Origin: a bacterium
GTDB lineage: Bacteria; JAHJDO01
Reading direction: 5' to 3'
Assembly (NCBI GenBank): GCA_030611945.1
Contig: JAUWOV010000001.1
Span: 1-50,742 of the forward strand
Length of the DNA stretch: 50,742 nucleotides
Shown: in pieces, positions 27,506-35,990 of the stretch
How the letters are laid out: every line of letters starts with the position of its first letter
Position numbering within the stretch: the first letter of the stretch is position 1
Made by a program: the position numbers and the translations under genes
The notes under the pieces: model-generated
Seen by the model: only the letters and a program-made list of their open reading frames with translations
What the model was told of the DNA's origin: nothing
Databases searched by the model: none

Positions 27506-28647
27506 ATAACTTCCATCTTTGCAACAACCGCTTTCACGCCTTCTCTAACGTTATCAACGCTTATGATACCTTTAACGGTATTAATAATTTCCATGCCCTT
27601 ATCTTTATTTGTACCTTCTATCCTTACAATTACGGTCTTTTTTGAAGATAGTGACTCAACCGCCTTCTTAATGCCGGAAGCAATTTCGTCGCAGCGAGTG
27701 ATCCCGCCAAAAATATTTACAAACAAAAGATCAATATCTTTATTTGATAGAATAATTCGTATGCCTTCAGCTACTCTATCAGCAGTAGCGCCTCCTCCTA
27801 TGTCCAAAACCGCGCCAACCTTAATCCCTTCTTTTGATATTAAATCAATACATGACATGATCATACCAGAGCCATTACTCATTACTGCAACTTTTCCATA
27901 TTCTTCAATTGGTATGTATAGAAACTTGAATTTTCTAGCCTCTTTTACAAGAGCTTCTTCATTAAGTTCTTCTCTGAAATTTAATATTTGTTCCTGACGG
28001 GGAAGAGCGCTGTCATCTATTGTTATCTTGCCGTCAAGCGCTATAAACTCATTTTTCCCGTTTATTGCCAGAGGATTAATTTCAACCAGCATGCAGTCTC
28101 TTTGTATAAAAAGCTCATAAAGATTTTTTACTACAGGAAATAATCTTTCCTCTAAATTTAGATCAAGATTGGATTTTTTTAAAATATATTTAATATTATA
28201 TCTTTGAATACCTAAAAGTGGATTGATTGGAATTTTGATAATTGAATCAGGATCATCTTTTGCAGCCTGCTCAATATCAATACCTCCATTTGCGCTAAAA
28301 ATAAGTACTGGCTTTTGATAATCCCGATCGAGCATTATACTTAAATAACATTCTTTTATGGGATTCGCCTTTTGTACAATTAGAAGCTTATTTACATCCA
28401 TTCCCTTTAATTTACTATGAAGCAATTCTTTACATATTTTCTTTGCTTCGTCTGGAGAATTTGCAAACTTTATTCCCCCTGCTTTACCACGACCTCCAAT
28501 TTGCACTTGAGCTTTAACAACTCTGGGATAGTCTATATTGTTTAATTTTTCATCAAGCTTATCAAGACTATCAATCACTATACCATCAGGTGTTGGCACA
28601 TTATGCGCTTTATATAACGCATGCGCCATATATTCCAATAATTTCAA
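27502..28647 (-). CDS. sucC: succinyl-CoA synthetase-like beta subunit (ATP-grasp)
   Basis: It starts MKLLEYMAHALYKAHNVPTP, with VVKAQVQIGGRGKAGGIKF and a C-terminal ligase-CoA domain (GGITRCDEIASGI). Confidence 0.85.
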   Translation of the reverse strand: MKLLEYMAHALYKAHNVPTPDGIVIDSLDKLDEKLNNIDYPRVVKAQVQIGGRGKAGGIKFANSPDEAKKICKELLHSKLKGMDVNKLLIVQKANPIKECYLSIMLDRDYQKPVLIFSANGGIDIEQAAKDDPDSIIKIPINPLLGIQRYNIKYILKKSNLDLNLEERLFPVVKNLYELFIQRDCMLVEINPLAINGKNEFIALDGKITIDDSALPRQEQILNFREELNEEALVKEARKFKFLYIPIEEYGKVAVMSNGSGMIMSCIDLISKEGIKVGAVLDIGGGATADRVAEGIRIILSNKDIDLLFVNIFGGITRCDEIASGIKKAVESLSSKKTVIVRIEGTNKDKGMEIINTVKGIISVDNVREGVKAVVAKMEVI

Positions 28648-28650
28648 TTA

Positions 28651-30015
28651 TTACCCCCATAATTCCTGATCTGTCGGCACTTTATTATCTTCCATGAGAT
28701 AAGCTATTCTTGTAATATTCATTAAGTGTTTAAACGTAAAATTTTCAGAAATACTGTTATTGCCCCATGTTCCGCATCCAAGTGTTGTTGTCGGAGCAAG
28801 ACCATTAAAAAAACTTCCGCCAACCATTTTTGAACTTATTTGATTCACAAGCAATCTGCTAACAGTTAAGTTTAGTCCTGCATATTCTATATTCTCTTTA
28901 TTATTTGAATGAATTACTGCAGAATGTCCTGCTCCTTCTACGTTTAAATTCCCTTGCGCTATTTCTATAGCCTCTTCAAACGTTTTATATTTATAAGCTG
29001 TTATAACCGGACACATTTTTTCTTTGCTAAGAATATCATTCTTGCCATATCCATCTCCTTCCACAAGTATTACCTGAGTATCACCAGGAATATCAATACC
29101 TGCAAGTTCACCTATTATTTCTACTGACTGCCCAACTGCTTTAGATGAAAAAGCGCCTTCTTCTGTCCACAAAGTTTTTCTTATTTTTTCTTTATCTTCA
29201 TTATTATTAATAAAAAATGTTTTTTGATTTTTAAATTCGTTTATTACAGCATCATAATCATCTTCATGTACTATTATTGATTGTTCACCGGAACAAATAA
29301 TGCCGTTATCAAAAATACGACCTTCAATAATTTTAGAAGTTGCTTCAGCAATGTTTACATTTCTGTCAATAATACACTGCACATTGCCAGCGCCAACTCC
29401 ATAAGAAGGTTTCCCGCTTGAATATGCTGCCTTTACCATACCCATTCCTCCTGTTGCAACAATAACATCTACCTTTCGCATTAATTCTAATGTTAGTTCT
29501 TTAGAAGGTTCTTCTATAACCTGTATTAAATTTTCCGGGATATTAAGTAATTTCAAAGCTTCATTCCATTCATCAACAAGAGCTTTTGCGCAGTTTTTTG
29601 CCCGCGGGTGAGGGGCTATTATAATTGAATTATATGCTTTTACTGCAAACATAGCATTGCATAAAGGGGTAACAATCGGGTTAGTACAAGGAGTAATTGC
29701 TCCTACAACTCCAACAGGTTTTGCTATTTCAATAATACCTGTTGTTTCGTCACGATTTATAATTCCTCTTGTTTTTTTCCCCTTAACGCTATGAAATAAT
29801 ATTTTTGATTTTCCTCGTTTTTTTAATACTTTATGTTCGTAAACACCCATTCGTGTTTCATCCACAGCCATCCTTGCCCATTTTTCTGCGCCGTCAAATA
29901 CAATTTTTGCAAGAGTAAGAAGAATTTGTTCTATTTGATCTTCTTTCAAAGACTGTAGCTCTGCCTGTGCTTTTTTTGATCTTCCTATCAATCTTTTAAT
30001 GTATGAATTTTCCAT
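28651..30015 (-). CDS. CoA-acylating aldehyde dehydrogenase (EutE/PduP / Clostridium kluyveri SucD-like succinate-semialdehyde dehydrogenase type)
   Basis: It is ~454 aa with catalytic DNGIICSGEQS. The N-terminal pattern (AQAELQSL..DETRMGVYEHKVLK) resembles acylating ALDHs as I recall them. Confidence 0.75.
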   Translation of the reverse strand: MENSYIKRLIGRSKKAQAELQSLKEDQIEQILLTLAKIVFDGAEKWARMAVDETRMGVYEHKVLKKRGKSKILFHSVKGKKTRGIINRDETTGIIEIAKPVGVVGAITPCTNPIVTPLCNAMFAVKAYNSIIIAPHPRAKNCAKALVDEWNEALKLLNIPENLIQVIEEPSKELTLELMRKVDVIVATGGMGMVKAAYSSGKPSYGVGAGNVQCIIDRNVNIAEATSKIIEGRIFDNGIICSGEQSIIVHEDDYDAVINEFKNQKTFFINNNEDKEKIRKTLWTEEGAFSSKAVGQSVEIIGELAGIDIPGDTQVILVEGDGYGKNDILSKEKMCPVITAYKYKTFEEAIEIAQGNLNVEGAGHSAVIHSNNKENIEYAGLNLTVSRLLVNQISSKMVGGSFFNGLAPTTTLGCGTWGNNSISENFTFKHLMNITRIAYLMEDNKVPTDQELWG

Positions 30016-30704
30016 TATTTCTCCCGATTATAAATTTTATATGCATTTTCAAGATGATTCTGCATTTCGTTTTTTGCGGTTTCTGAATCTTGCTGTAATA
30101 CAGCATTATATATCTTTTGATGCTGATTCCTTGCTATTTCCAAGCCGTCATTCTTTAAGGTTATTAATCTTAATTTTTTTTGCAGTGATAACAATGGTTT
30201 TGTAATTAATAAAAAAATTTCGTTTTTACATGCATAGACTAAAGAAGTATGAAATTCCAGATCAAGGCACGCAGCATCAGATATATTTTTACAAGTATTC
30301 AATGACTTAATAATACTGAGCATACGATCTATATCATTCTGTTCTCTGTTTTGCGCTGCAAGATAAGCAATTCCGGGTTCATAAATTAAACGAGCCTGCA
30401 TTATTGAATCATTGGAAGTGTTGTTTCTTTGAAGATGCATTTCAATTATATCCTGCGCCATTTCAACTTTTGGATTTGCAACGATTGTACCAGACCCCTG
30501 AACAACTTTTACCAGTCCAATAGCTTGCAATGATTTCATTACTTCACGAAGGATATTTCTGCTTATTTGAAGCTGCTCACAAAGTTCATTTTCAGTAGGT
30601 AATTTTTCTCCTAGTTTATATTTGTCTTTCATAATTATGTTTTTTATGTTTGTAAAGGCGAGATTGTGCAGGGAATTACTTTTAATTGGTTGTAAAAGCG
30701 TCAT
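30015..30704 (-). CDS. GntR family transcriptional regulator, FadR subfamily
   Basis: It has the winged HTH LPTENELCEQLQISRNILREVMKSLQAIGLV and an all-helical FCD-like C-terminal domain. Its stop overlaps the ALDH start by 1 nt (TAATG). Confidence 0.85.
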   Translation of the reverse strand: MTLLQPIKSNSLHNLAFTNIKNIIMKDKYKLGEKLPTENELCEQLQISRNILREVMKSLQAIGLVKVVQGSGTIVANPKVEMAQDIIEMHLQRNNTSNDSIMQARLIYEPGIAYLAAQNREQNDIDRMLSIIKSLNTCKNISDAACLDLEFHTSLVYACKNEIFLLITKPLLSLQKKLRLITLKNDGLEIARNQHQKIYNAVLQQDSETAKNEMQNHLENAYKIYNREK

Positions 30705-30717
30705 AACAATTCATCCT

Positions 30718-30764
30718 ATGATAGTATCATGGGATATTGTGAGCGTTTTTAAGAGATATGTCAA
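30718..30764 (-). promoter_or_regulatory. candidate promoter (TTGACA-17-CACAAT) and palindromic operator ATGATAGTATCAT upstream of the GntR gene
   Basis: On the minus strand, TTGACA lies at 30764-30759 and CACAAT at 30741-30736. A perfect 6-1-6 palindrome at 30718-30730 lies between the -10 and the start codon at 30704. Confidence 0.3.
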
Positions 30765-30796
30765 GAACTTTTAGCCACAAAATTGGAAATGAAATT

Positions 30797-31852
30797 TCAT
30801 AGAGCTTCAGCGATGGCTTTACCAACTTCTTGTGTGCTTGCTTTACCGCCTATGTCCCTGGTGCATGGTCCGTTATCTAACACAGTTTCAATAGCGGAGA
30901 CTATCGCGTCAGCAGCATCTTTGTGCCCAAGATGCTCTAACATCATTGCGCCTGCCCAGATCTGTCCTATCGGGTTGGCGATATTCTGTCCATAGATGTC
31001 CGGAGCAGATCCGTGCACCGGCTCAAACATTGATGGAAATTCTCGCTCCGGATTGAGATTAGCCGATGGCGCGATGGCAATTGTGCCGGTACATGCCGGT
31101 CCAAGGTCTGAGAGAATGTCCCCGAACAGGTTGGAGCCTACCACAACGTCAAAGCGGTCCGGATTGAGAACGAATTGTGCGGTAAGTATGTCAATATGAT
31201 ATTGGTCAATCTTCACATCCGGATACTTCTCAGACATCGCTTGTACACGTTTGTCCCAGTAAGGCATTGAGACGAAAATGCCATTCGATTTTGTAGCAGA
31301 GGTAAGGTGTTTTTTCGGTCGTGTACGGGCTAACTCAAACGCATACCGCAAGATACGATCCACACCGCGACGCGTGAAGATGCTTTCCTGAACAACAAGT
31401 TCAAAGTCAGTGTCTTCAAAGCTCATACCGCCAAGAGAGGAATATTCGCCTTCAGTGTTTTCCCGCACGACAATAAAGTCAATGTCACCGGGTTTGCGTC
31501 TGCGCAAAGGTGATTGAATTCCATGCATAAGCCGCACCGGGCGAATATTGGCATACTGCTGGAAGCCGCGACGGATATTTATCAGCAGTCCCCACAAAGA
31601 AATGTGATCAGGAACACCGGGAAAGCCAACAGCACCTAGAAAAACAGCATCGTGCCGGCGGATAAGTTCAAGTCCATCCTTCGGCATCATTCGACCGTGT
31701 TTCTTGTAATACTCACAATTCCACGGCAGCTCATCCCAGTGGAACCGGATATCGAACTTAATACCCACCGTCTCCAGCACCCGGATACCTTCAGGCATCA
31801 CTTCCTTACCGATCCCATCACCAGCAATCACAGCAATGTTATATCTACTCAT
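30797..31852 (-). CDS. ttuC: tartrate dehydrogenase/decarboxylase / D-malate dehydrogenase (isopropylmalate dehydrogenase family)
   Basis: It is collinear with Pseudomonas-type tartrate dehydrogenase as I recall it: IAVIAGDGIGKEVMPEGIRVL, GAVGFPGVPDHISLWGLL, IRPVRL, DFIVVRENTEGEYS and NLFGDILSDLG. Confidence 0.85.
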   Translation of the reverse strand: MSRYNIAVIAGDGIGKEVMPEGIRVLETVGIKFDIRFHWDELPWNCEYYKKHGRMMPKDGLELIRRHDAVFLGAVGFPGVPDHISLWGLLINIRRGFQQYANIRPVRLMHGIQSPLRRRKPGDIDFIVVRENTEGEYSSLGGMSFEDTDFELVVQESIFTRRGVDRILRYAFELARTRPKKHLTSATKSNGIFVSMPYWDKRVQAMSEKYPDVKIDQYHIDILTAQFVLNPDRFDVVVGSNLFGDILSDLGPACTGTIAIAPSANLNPEREFPSMFEPVHGSAPDIYGQNIANPIGQIWAGAMMLEHLGHKDAADAIVSAIETVLDNGPCTRDIGGKASTQEVGKAIAEAL

Positions 31853-32030
31853 AATCTTTCTCCAATTAAATTAAGTACAATGACCAAACTTTAGCGACAC
31901 CATACCCCAAATTATTTAAGACTTCAACAGGAATATACAAAAACACGTATTCAGCGCTTGATTTATTTATTTCTGGACAATTTGTAAATTCAATTGACAA
32001 ACTGTCCAAAGCATGTTATTGTTTTTTGTC

Positions 32031-33227
32031 ATGATATACAGAACGATTACTAAGAAACTAGTTTCAATGGCGCGATATTTTCCTGCAGTTGGTGTTATCG
32101 GTCCACGTCAGTCCGGCAAAACAACGCTTGTGAAAGCTTCCTTTCCAAATAAACCCTACGTTTCGTTAGAAGACCCAGCCAACCGTGAATATGCCATGAA
32201 CGATCCGCGCGGTTTTTTGGATGAATATCCCAATGGAGCAATAATAGACGAAATCCAAAGAGTTCCCGACCTATTCTCGTACTTACAGGGAATACTTGAC
32301 GAAAAGAATATTCCCGGATTATTTATTCTTACAGGATCGCAGCATTTTTTAATGATGGAAAATATTTCTCAAACACTTGCCGGTCGTATATCTTTATTGA
32401 AACTGCTCCCATTTTCTCTTGAAGAATTATACAAAGCAGGCTTCAAACACGATACTTACGAAGATTACATATATACAGGGTTTTATCCGCGAATCTATGA
32501 TAAGAATGTTCCTGCTCAGGTATGGCATACCAATTATATCCAAACATATGTAGAAAGAGATATACGTATGATAAAAAATGTTCACGACATTAACGCTTTT
32601 CAAACATTTTTAAAGATGTGCGCTTCCAGGATAGGTCAACTGCTTAATCTCTCATCGCTTGCTGATGACTGTGGAATAACTCACAACACGGCAAAAGCAT
32701 GGTTATCTGTACTGGAGACAAGTTTTGTTATTTTCCTTCTACGACCTCACTACAAAAATTTTAAAAAACGCCTTGTAAAAATGCCGAAACTATATTTTTA
32801 TGACACAGGCATTGCTTGCTTCCTGCTTGATATACAAAACAGGAAACAGCTGACTAATCATGCTTTAAGGGGGAATCTCTTTGAGTCATTTATTATATCC
32901 GAATTTGTTAAATATAGATACAATAAAGCGCAGGAACATAATTTTTATTTTTGGAGGGACAAGACAGGACATGAGATAGATTTGATAATTTCAAAGAATG
33001 ATCGGCTTATACCTGTTGAAATTAAATCGGGGAAAACACCAACAGAAGATTACTTCAGGAATATTCTGTACTGGAACAAGATATCCGGTGGGGAGGCAGG
33101 CAATTCTATTGTAATATATGGCGGTACTCAGAAACAGGAACGATCATCAGGCAAGATTATTCCATGGAAATATCTTACCAAAATCAGCGCAAAAACAGGT
33201 TCCTTTGCTCGCCTGAACGTATTGTAA
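32031..33227 (+). CDS. AAA+ ATPase with DUF4143-type C-terminal domain (second copy of the family)
   Basis: Walker A is VIGPRQSGKTTLV and Walker B-like is AIIDEIQ. NLSSLADDCGITHNTAKAWLSVLE and GHEIDLII..PVEIK are also present. A start at the ATG at 32031 (MIYRTITKKL) is preferred over the ORF-track start at 32013. Confidence 0.75.
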   Translation: MIYRTITKKLVSMARYFPAVGVIGPRQSGKTTLVKASFPNKPYVSLEDPANREYAMNDPRGFLDEYPNGAIIDEIQRVPDLFSYLQGILDEKNIPGLFILTGSQHFLMMENISQTLAGRISLLKLLPFSLEELYKAGFKHDTYEDYIYTGFYPRIYDKNVPAQVWHTNYIQTYVERDIRMIKNVHDINAFQTFLKMCASRIGQLLNLSSLADDCGITHNTAKAWLSVLETSFVIFLLRPHYKNFKKRLVKMPKLYFYDTGIACFLLDIQNRKQLTNHALRGNLFESFIISEFVKYRYNKAQEHNFYFWRDKTGHEIDLIISKNDRLIPVEIKSGKTPTEDYFRNILYWNKISGGEAGNSIVIYGGTQKQERSSGKIIPWKYLTKISAKTGSFARLNVL

Positions 33228-33309
33228 ATAAATTAAACTCACCCTGACCCTCTCTTGACAGAGAGGGAAAATGGAAATTCTTATACTATTAAATTACAGG
33301 AGGATTGAT

Positions 33310-35850
33310 GTGAAGAACACTTATTTGTTGGATATGGAGAGACATGTTCTGGAAAATGGAATGACAGTGATTACATGTAAAAAGGACAGTGCTCCAATAG
33401 TGTCCAGTTATATCTTAGTAAAAGCCGGCAGTATTACAGAAGCGGAGTTTATGGGGTCGGGAGTGTCTCATTATATTGAACATATGCTGTTCAAAGGCAC
33501 AAAAAAAAGAAAGGTAGGACAGATTTCGCGCGAGATAAGAAATATGGGCGGGGTTCTTAATGCCTATACAACCTATGACCGAACAGTTTACCATGTTACT
33601 GTTCCTTCTAAGTCCCTTGATAAAGCGCTGGAAATTCAAGCAGACGCCATTATGAACTCTTCATTTGATGTCTTGGAATGCAAAAAAGAAAGTCAGGTTA
33701 TTCTCAAGGAAATAAACATGTACATGGATGAACCCGAATCTTACTTGCAGCAGCAAGTATGGGAAACAATGTATAATACTCATCCCTACAGAGAGCCAAT
33801 AATAGGTCATAGAGAATTGTTTGAGAACTTATCAAGAGAGGATTTAATCGCATATTATAAAAGAATGTATGTTCCAAATAATATGATACTCGTCATTGCA
33901 GGAGATATTACTCATGAAAGCGCGCTAAAGGATGCAGGGAAAACATTTAGGGATTTTAAAAGAAGATCTATAAATCCAACAATTATTCCCGAAGAGCCAA
34001 AACAGCTTAATAAAAGAATTTTGCATACGGAAAAAGATGTAAATATACCTCGTATGTATATATGTTTTCATATCCCGGGGATTATTCATCCTGACGCTTA
34101 TGCTCTTGATGTGCTTTCAATAATACTTGGACATGGACGCAGTTCGTTTTTATACAAAGCTCTTATTGAGACAAAGCAATTAGTTTCTTCTGTAGAAAGC
34201 TTTTCATATACTCCAAAAGATACAGGAGTTTTTGGCATAAATTATATTCTGGCAGAGAAGAATATTGAAGAAACAATTAAAGAAACCAGAAAACAAATAG
34301 GGCTCATTAAAGAAGCCAGGGTCTCAAAAGGAGATCTTTTCAAAGCGAAGAGAATGGTTATTTTTGACCATTATTGTCATATGGAAACAGTAGATAGCGT
34401 AGCAGGAAGTCTCATAGTAAATGAGTTTTTAACGGGCGATATGCATTTCTCCGAAAAATATGTGGAAGAAATAAATAAAATTACTCTGGAGGACGTTCAA
34501 AGGGCTGCTAAAACTTATCTTGTAGAAGACAACATGTCTATAATCACATTAAAGCAAAAAGCGCCTGCAGCAATAAGCAGAGTAAAAAAGTCTGCAAAAA
34601 GGCAGAATATAGAAACTGAAAAAATAAATGGCATGACTGTTGTAGCAATAGAAAAACGCACCACTCCAATTATTTCTATTTGTGCATTATTTAAAGGTGG
34701 CATCAGGTATGAAAACAGAGGAAACAATGGTATCTGCAATCTGATGCAGCGTGTAATGCAAAAAGGAACAAAAAACAGGAATGCGTTTCAAATTGCAGAA
34801 GAATTTGAGGCAACGGGCGGAGATTTTAGCGGATTTTCTGGAGATAACAGCTTCGGATTTTCAATGGATATATTAAAAGAAAACCTTGCACATGGATTGG
34901 ATATCTTCGCTGATGTACTAATTAATCCAACCTTTCTGCCAGCCCAGATAAAAAAGGAAAGATCTATTGTTCTGGCTGGAATAAAAGCAAGAAGAGACGA
35001 GATAATTAATATTGGTATGGATATAATGCGCCAAACCATTTACAGGAAGCATCCATACAGGTTTCAGAACCTGGGCACTGAAAAGTCCTTGTTGAACATA
35101 AGCAAATCAGCTCTCACAAGTTTTCATAAAATCATGTGTATGCCAAAAAATGCCTGCATTACTGTTGCAGGAGATATAGAGTGCAATAAAATTTTTGATT
35201 CTCTCGGCAAATACTTTAGCAAATTCAATGGAGATCGCCTTATCCCGGAGATAAGTATAACTGAACCAATACAGCAGGAACACAGAAGAGCAGAGAAGAA
35301 AAAGCAAGGAGTGCAGGCCCTGCTTATGATAGGATTTCCGACTATTTCAGCCATGGATCCACACAGATACACATTTGATGTTCTAACTGCAATTCTGTCT
35401 GACCTTGGCTCGCGGCTGTTTATGAATATAAGAGAAAAGAGAGGCTTGGCATATTATGTTGGATCTTTTTCCCGGGAGGGGTTTGACCCCGGGATGTATG
35501 TGTTCTACGCCGGAACAATTCCACAAAAAATCACAGAGGCTAAACGGGCTCTGTTTGAAGAAATCCAATTACTTGGACATGCTTTTGTCAGCAATGCCGA
35601 GTTGGAACTTGCTAAGAATAATCTTATAGGTAAACATAGAATTGCGCATCAGTCAAACAAAGCGCTTTGCTTTTCTCTGGGTATGAGCGAATTGTATGGC
35701 TTGGGATACAAAAACTTTTATGAATATGAACGCAGGATAAAGGATGTAACTAAAGAGAATATAAGAGAAATTGCGCAAAAATATTTCAGAGAAAGCGCAT
35801 CTTCAACGGTTGTTGTTAAGCCGCACCCTAAAACCTACATAGAAGTCTAA
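33310..35850 (+). CDS. M16 (pitrilysin/insulinase) family zinc peptidase, two fused M16 units
   Basis: The first unit has the inverted zinc motif HYIEHMLFKGT (HxxEH). The second unit lacks it. AGGAGG (33298-33303) lies 6 nt before an in-frame GTG at 33310. The ORF-track ATG is at 33271. Confidence 0.85.
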   Translation: MKNTYLLDMERHVLENGMTVITCKKDSAPIVSSYILVKAGSITEAEFMGSGVSHYIEHMLFKGTKKRKVGQISREIRNMGGVLNAYTTYDRTVYHVTVPSKSLDKALEIQADAIMNSSFDVLECKKESQVILKEINMYMDEPESYLQQQVWETMYNTHPYREPIIGHRELFENLSREDLIAYYKRMYVPNNMILVIAGDITHESALKDAGKTFRDFKRRSINPTIIPEEPKQLNKRILHTEKDVNIPRMYICFHIPGIIHPDAYALDVLSIILGHGRSSFLYKALIETKQLVSSVESFSYTPKDTGVFGINYILAEKNIEETIKETRKQIGLIKEARVSKGDLFKAKRMVIFDHYCHMETVDSVAGSLIVNEFLTGDMHFSEKYVEEINKITLEDVQRAAKTYLVEDNMSIITLKQKAPAAISRVKKSAKRQNIETEKINGMTVVAIEKRTTPIISICALFKGGIRYENRGNNGICNLMQRVMQKGTKNRNAFQIAEEFEATGGDFSGFSGDNSFGFSMDILKENLAHGLDIFADVLINPTFLPAQIKKERSIVLAGIKARRDEIINIGMDIMRQTIYRKHPYRFQNLGTEKSLLNISKSALTSFHKIMCMPKNACITVAGDIECNKIFDSLGKYFSKFNGDRLIPEISITEPIQQEHRRAEKKKQGVQALLMIGFPTISAMDPHRYTFDVLTAILSDLGSRLFMNIREKRGLAYYVGSFSREGFDPGMYVFYAGTIPQKITEAKRALFEEIQLLGHAFVSNAELELAKNNLIGKHRIAHQSNKALCFSLGMSELYGLGYKNFYEYERRIKDVTKENIREIAQKYFRESASSTVVVKPHPKTYIEV

Positions 35851-35990
35851 AAAAAGAGTAGAAAGGAGTAGATTAGGTAAAAACTAATCCTAATTTCTCT
35901 TTAAATCCCTGTATTTGCTGGGCTAAATAGGAATTTGGGGCCAGCACAATTATTTGATTTATTATAGTCCATGAGATATAATCAGGGGCT

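Noticed and set aside
28651-30015. A bacterial microcompartment locus, suggested by the PduP/EutE-like acylating aldehyde dehydrogenase.
   Set aside because: No BMC-H or BMC-P shell protein genes occur anywhere in the window, and no N-terminal encapsulation peptide is evident.
9195-32030. Calling the whole accessory block a genomic island or mobile element.
   Set aside because: There is no integrase, transposase, tRNA target, direct-repeat att sites or conjugation genes. The evidence is limited to compositional mosaicism, a gene relic and bracketing ATPase genes, so it is reported as a finding rather than annotated as a mobile element.
33248-33267. The hairpin CCCTCTC-TTGACA-GAGAGGG after the second ATPase gene, as a possible terminator.
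   Set aside because: The stem is only 7 bp. It is followed by AAAA rather than a T-tract on the plus strand and lies immediately upstream of the peptidase RBS. This is not convincing for an intrinsic terminator.
35851-35990. A possible purine or ZTP-type riboswitch upstream of purN.
   Set aside because: Only a short hairpin (TGCTGG...CCAGCA) is visible. None of the conserved riboswitch core sequences I can recall is present.
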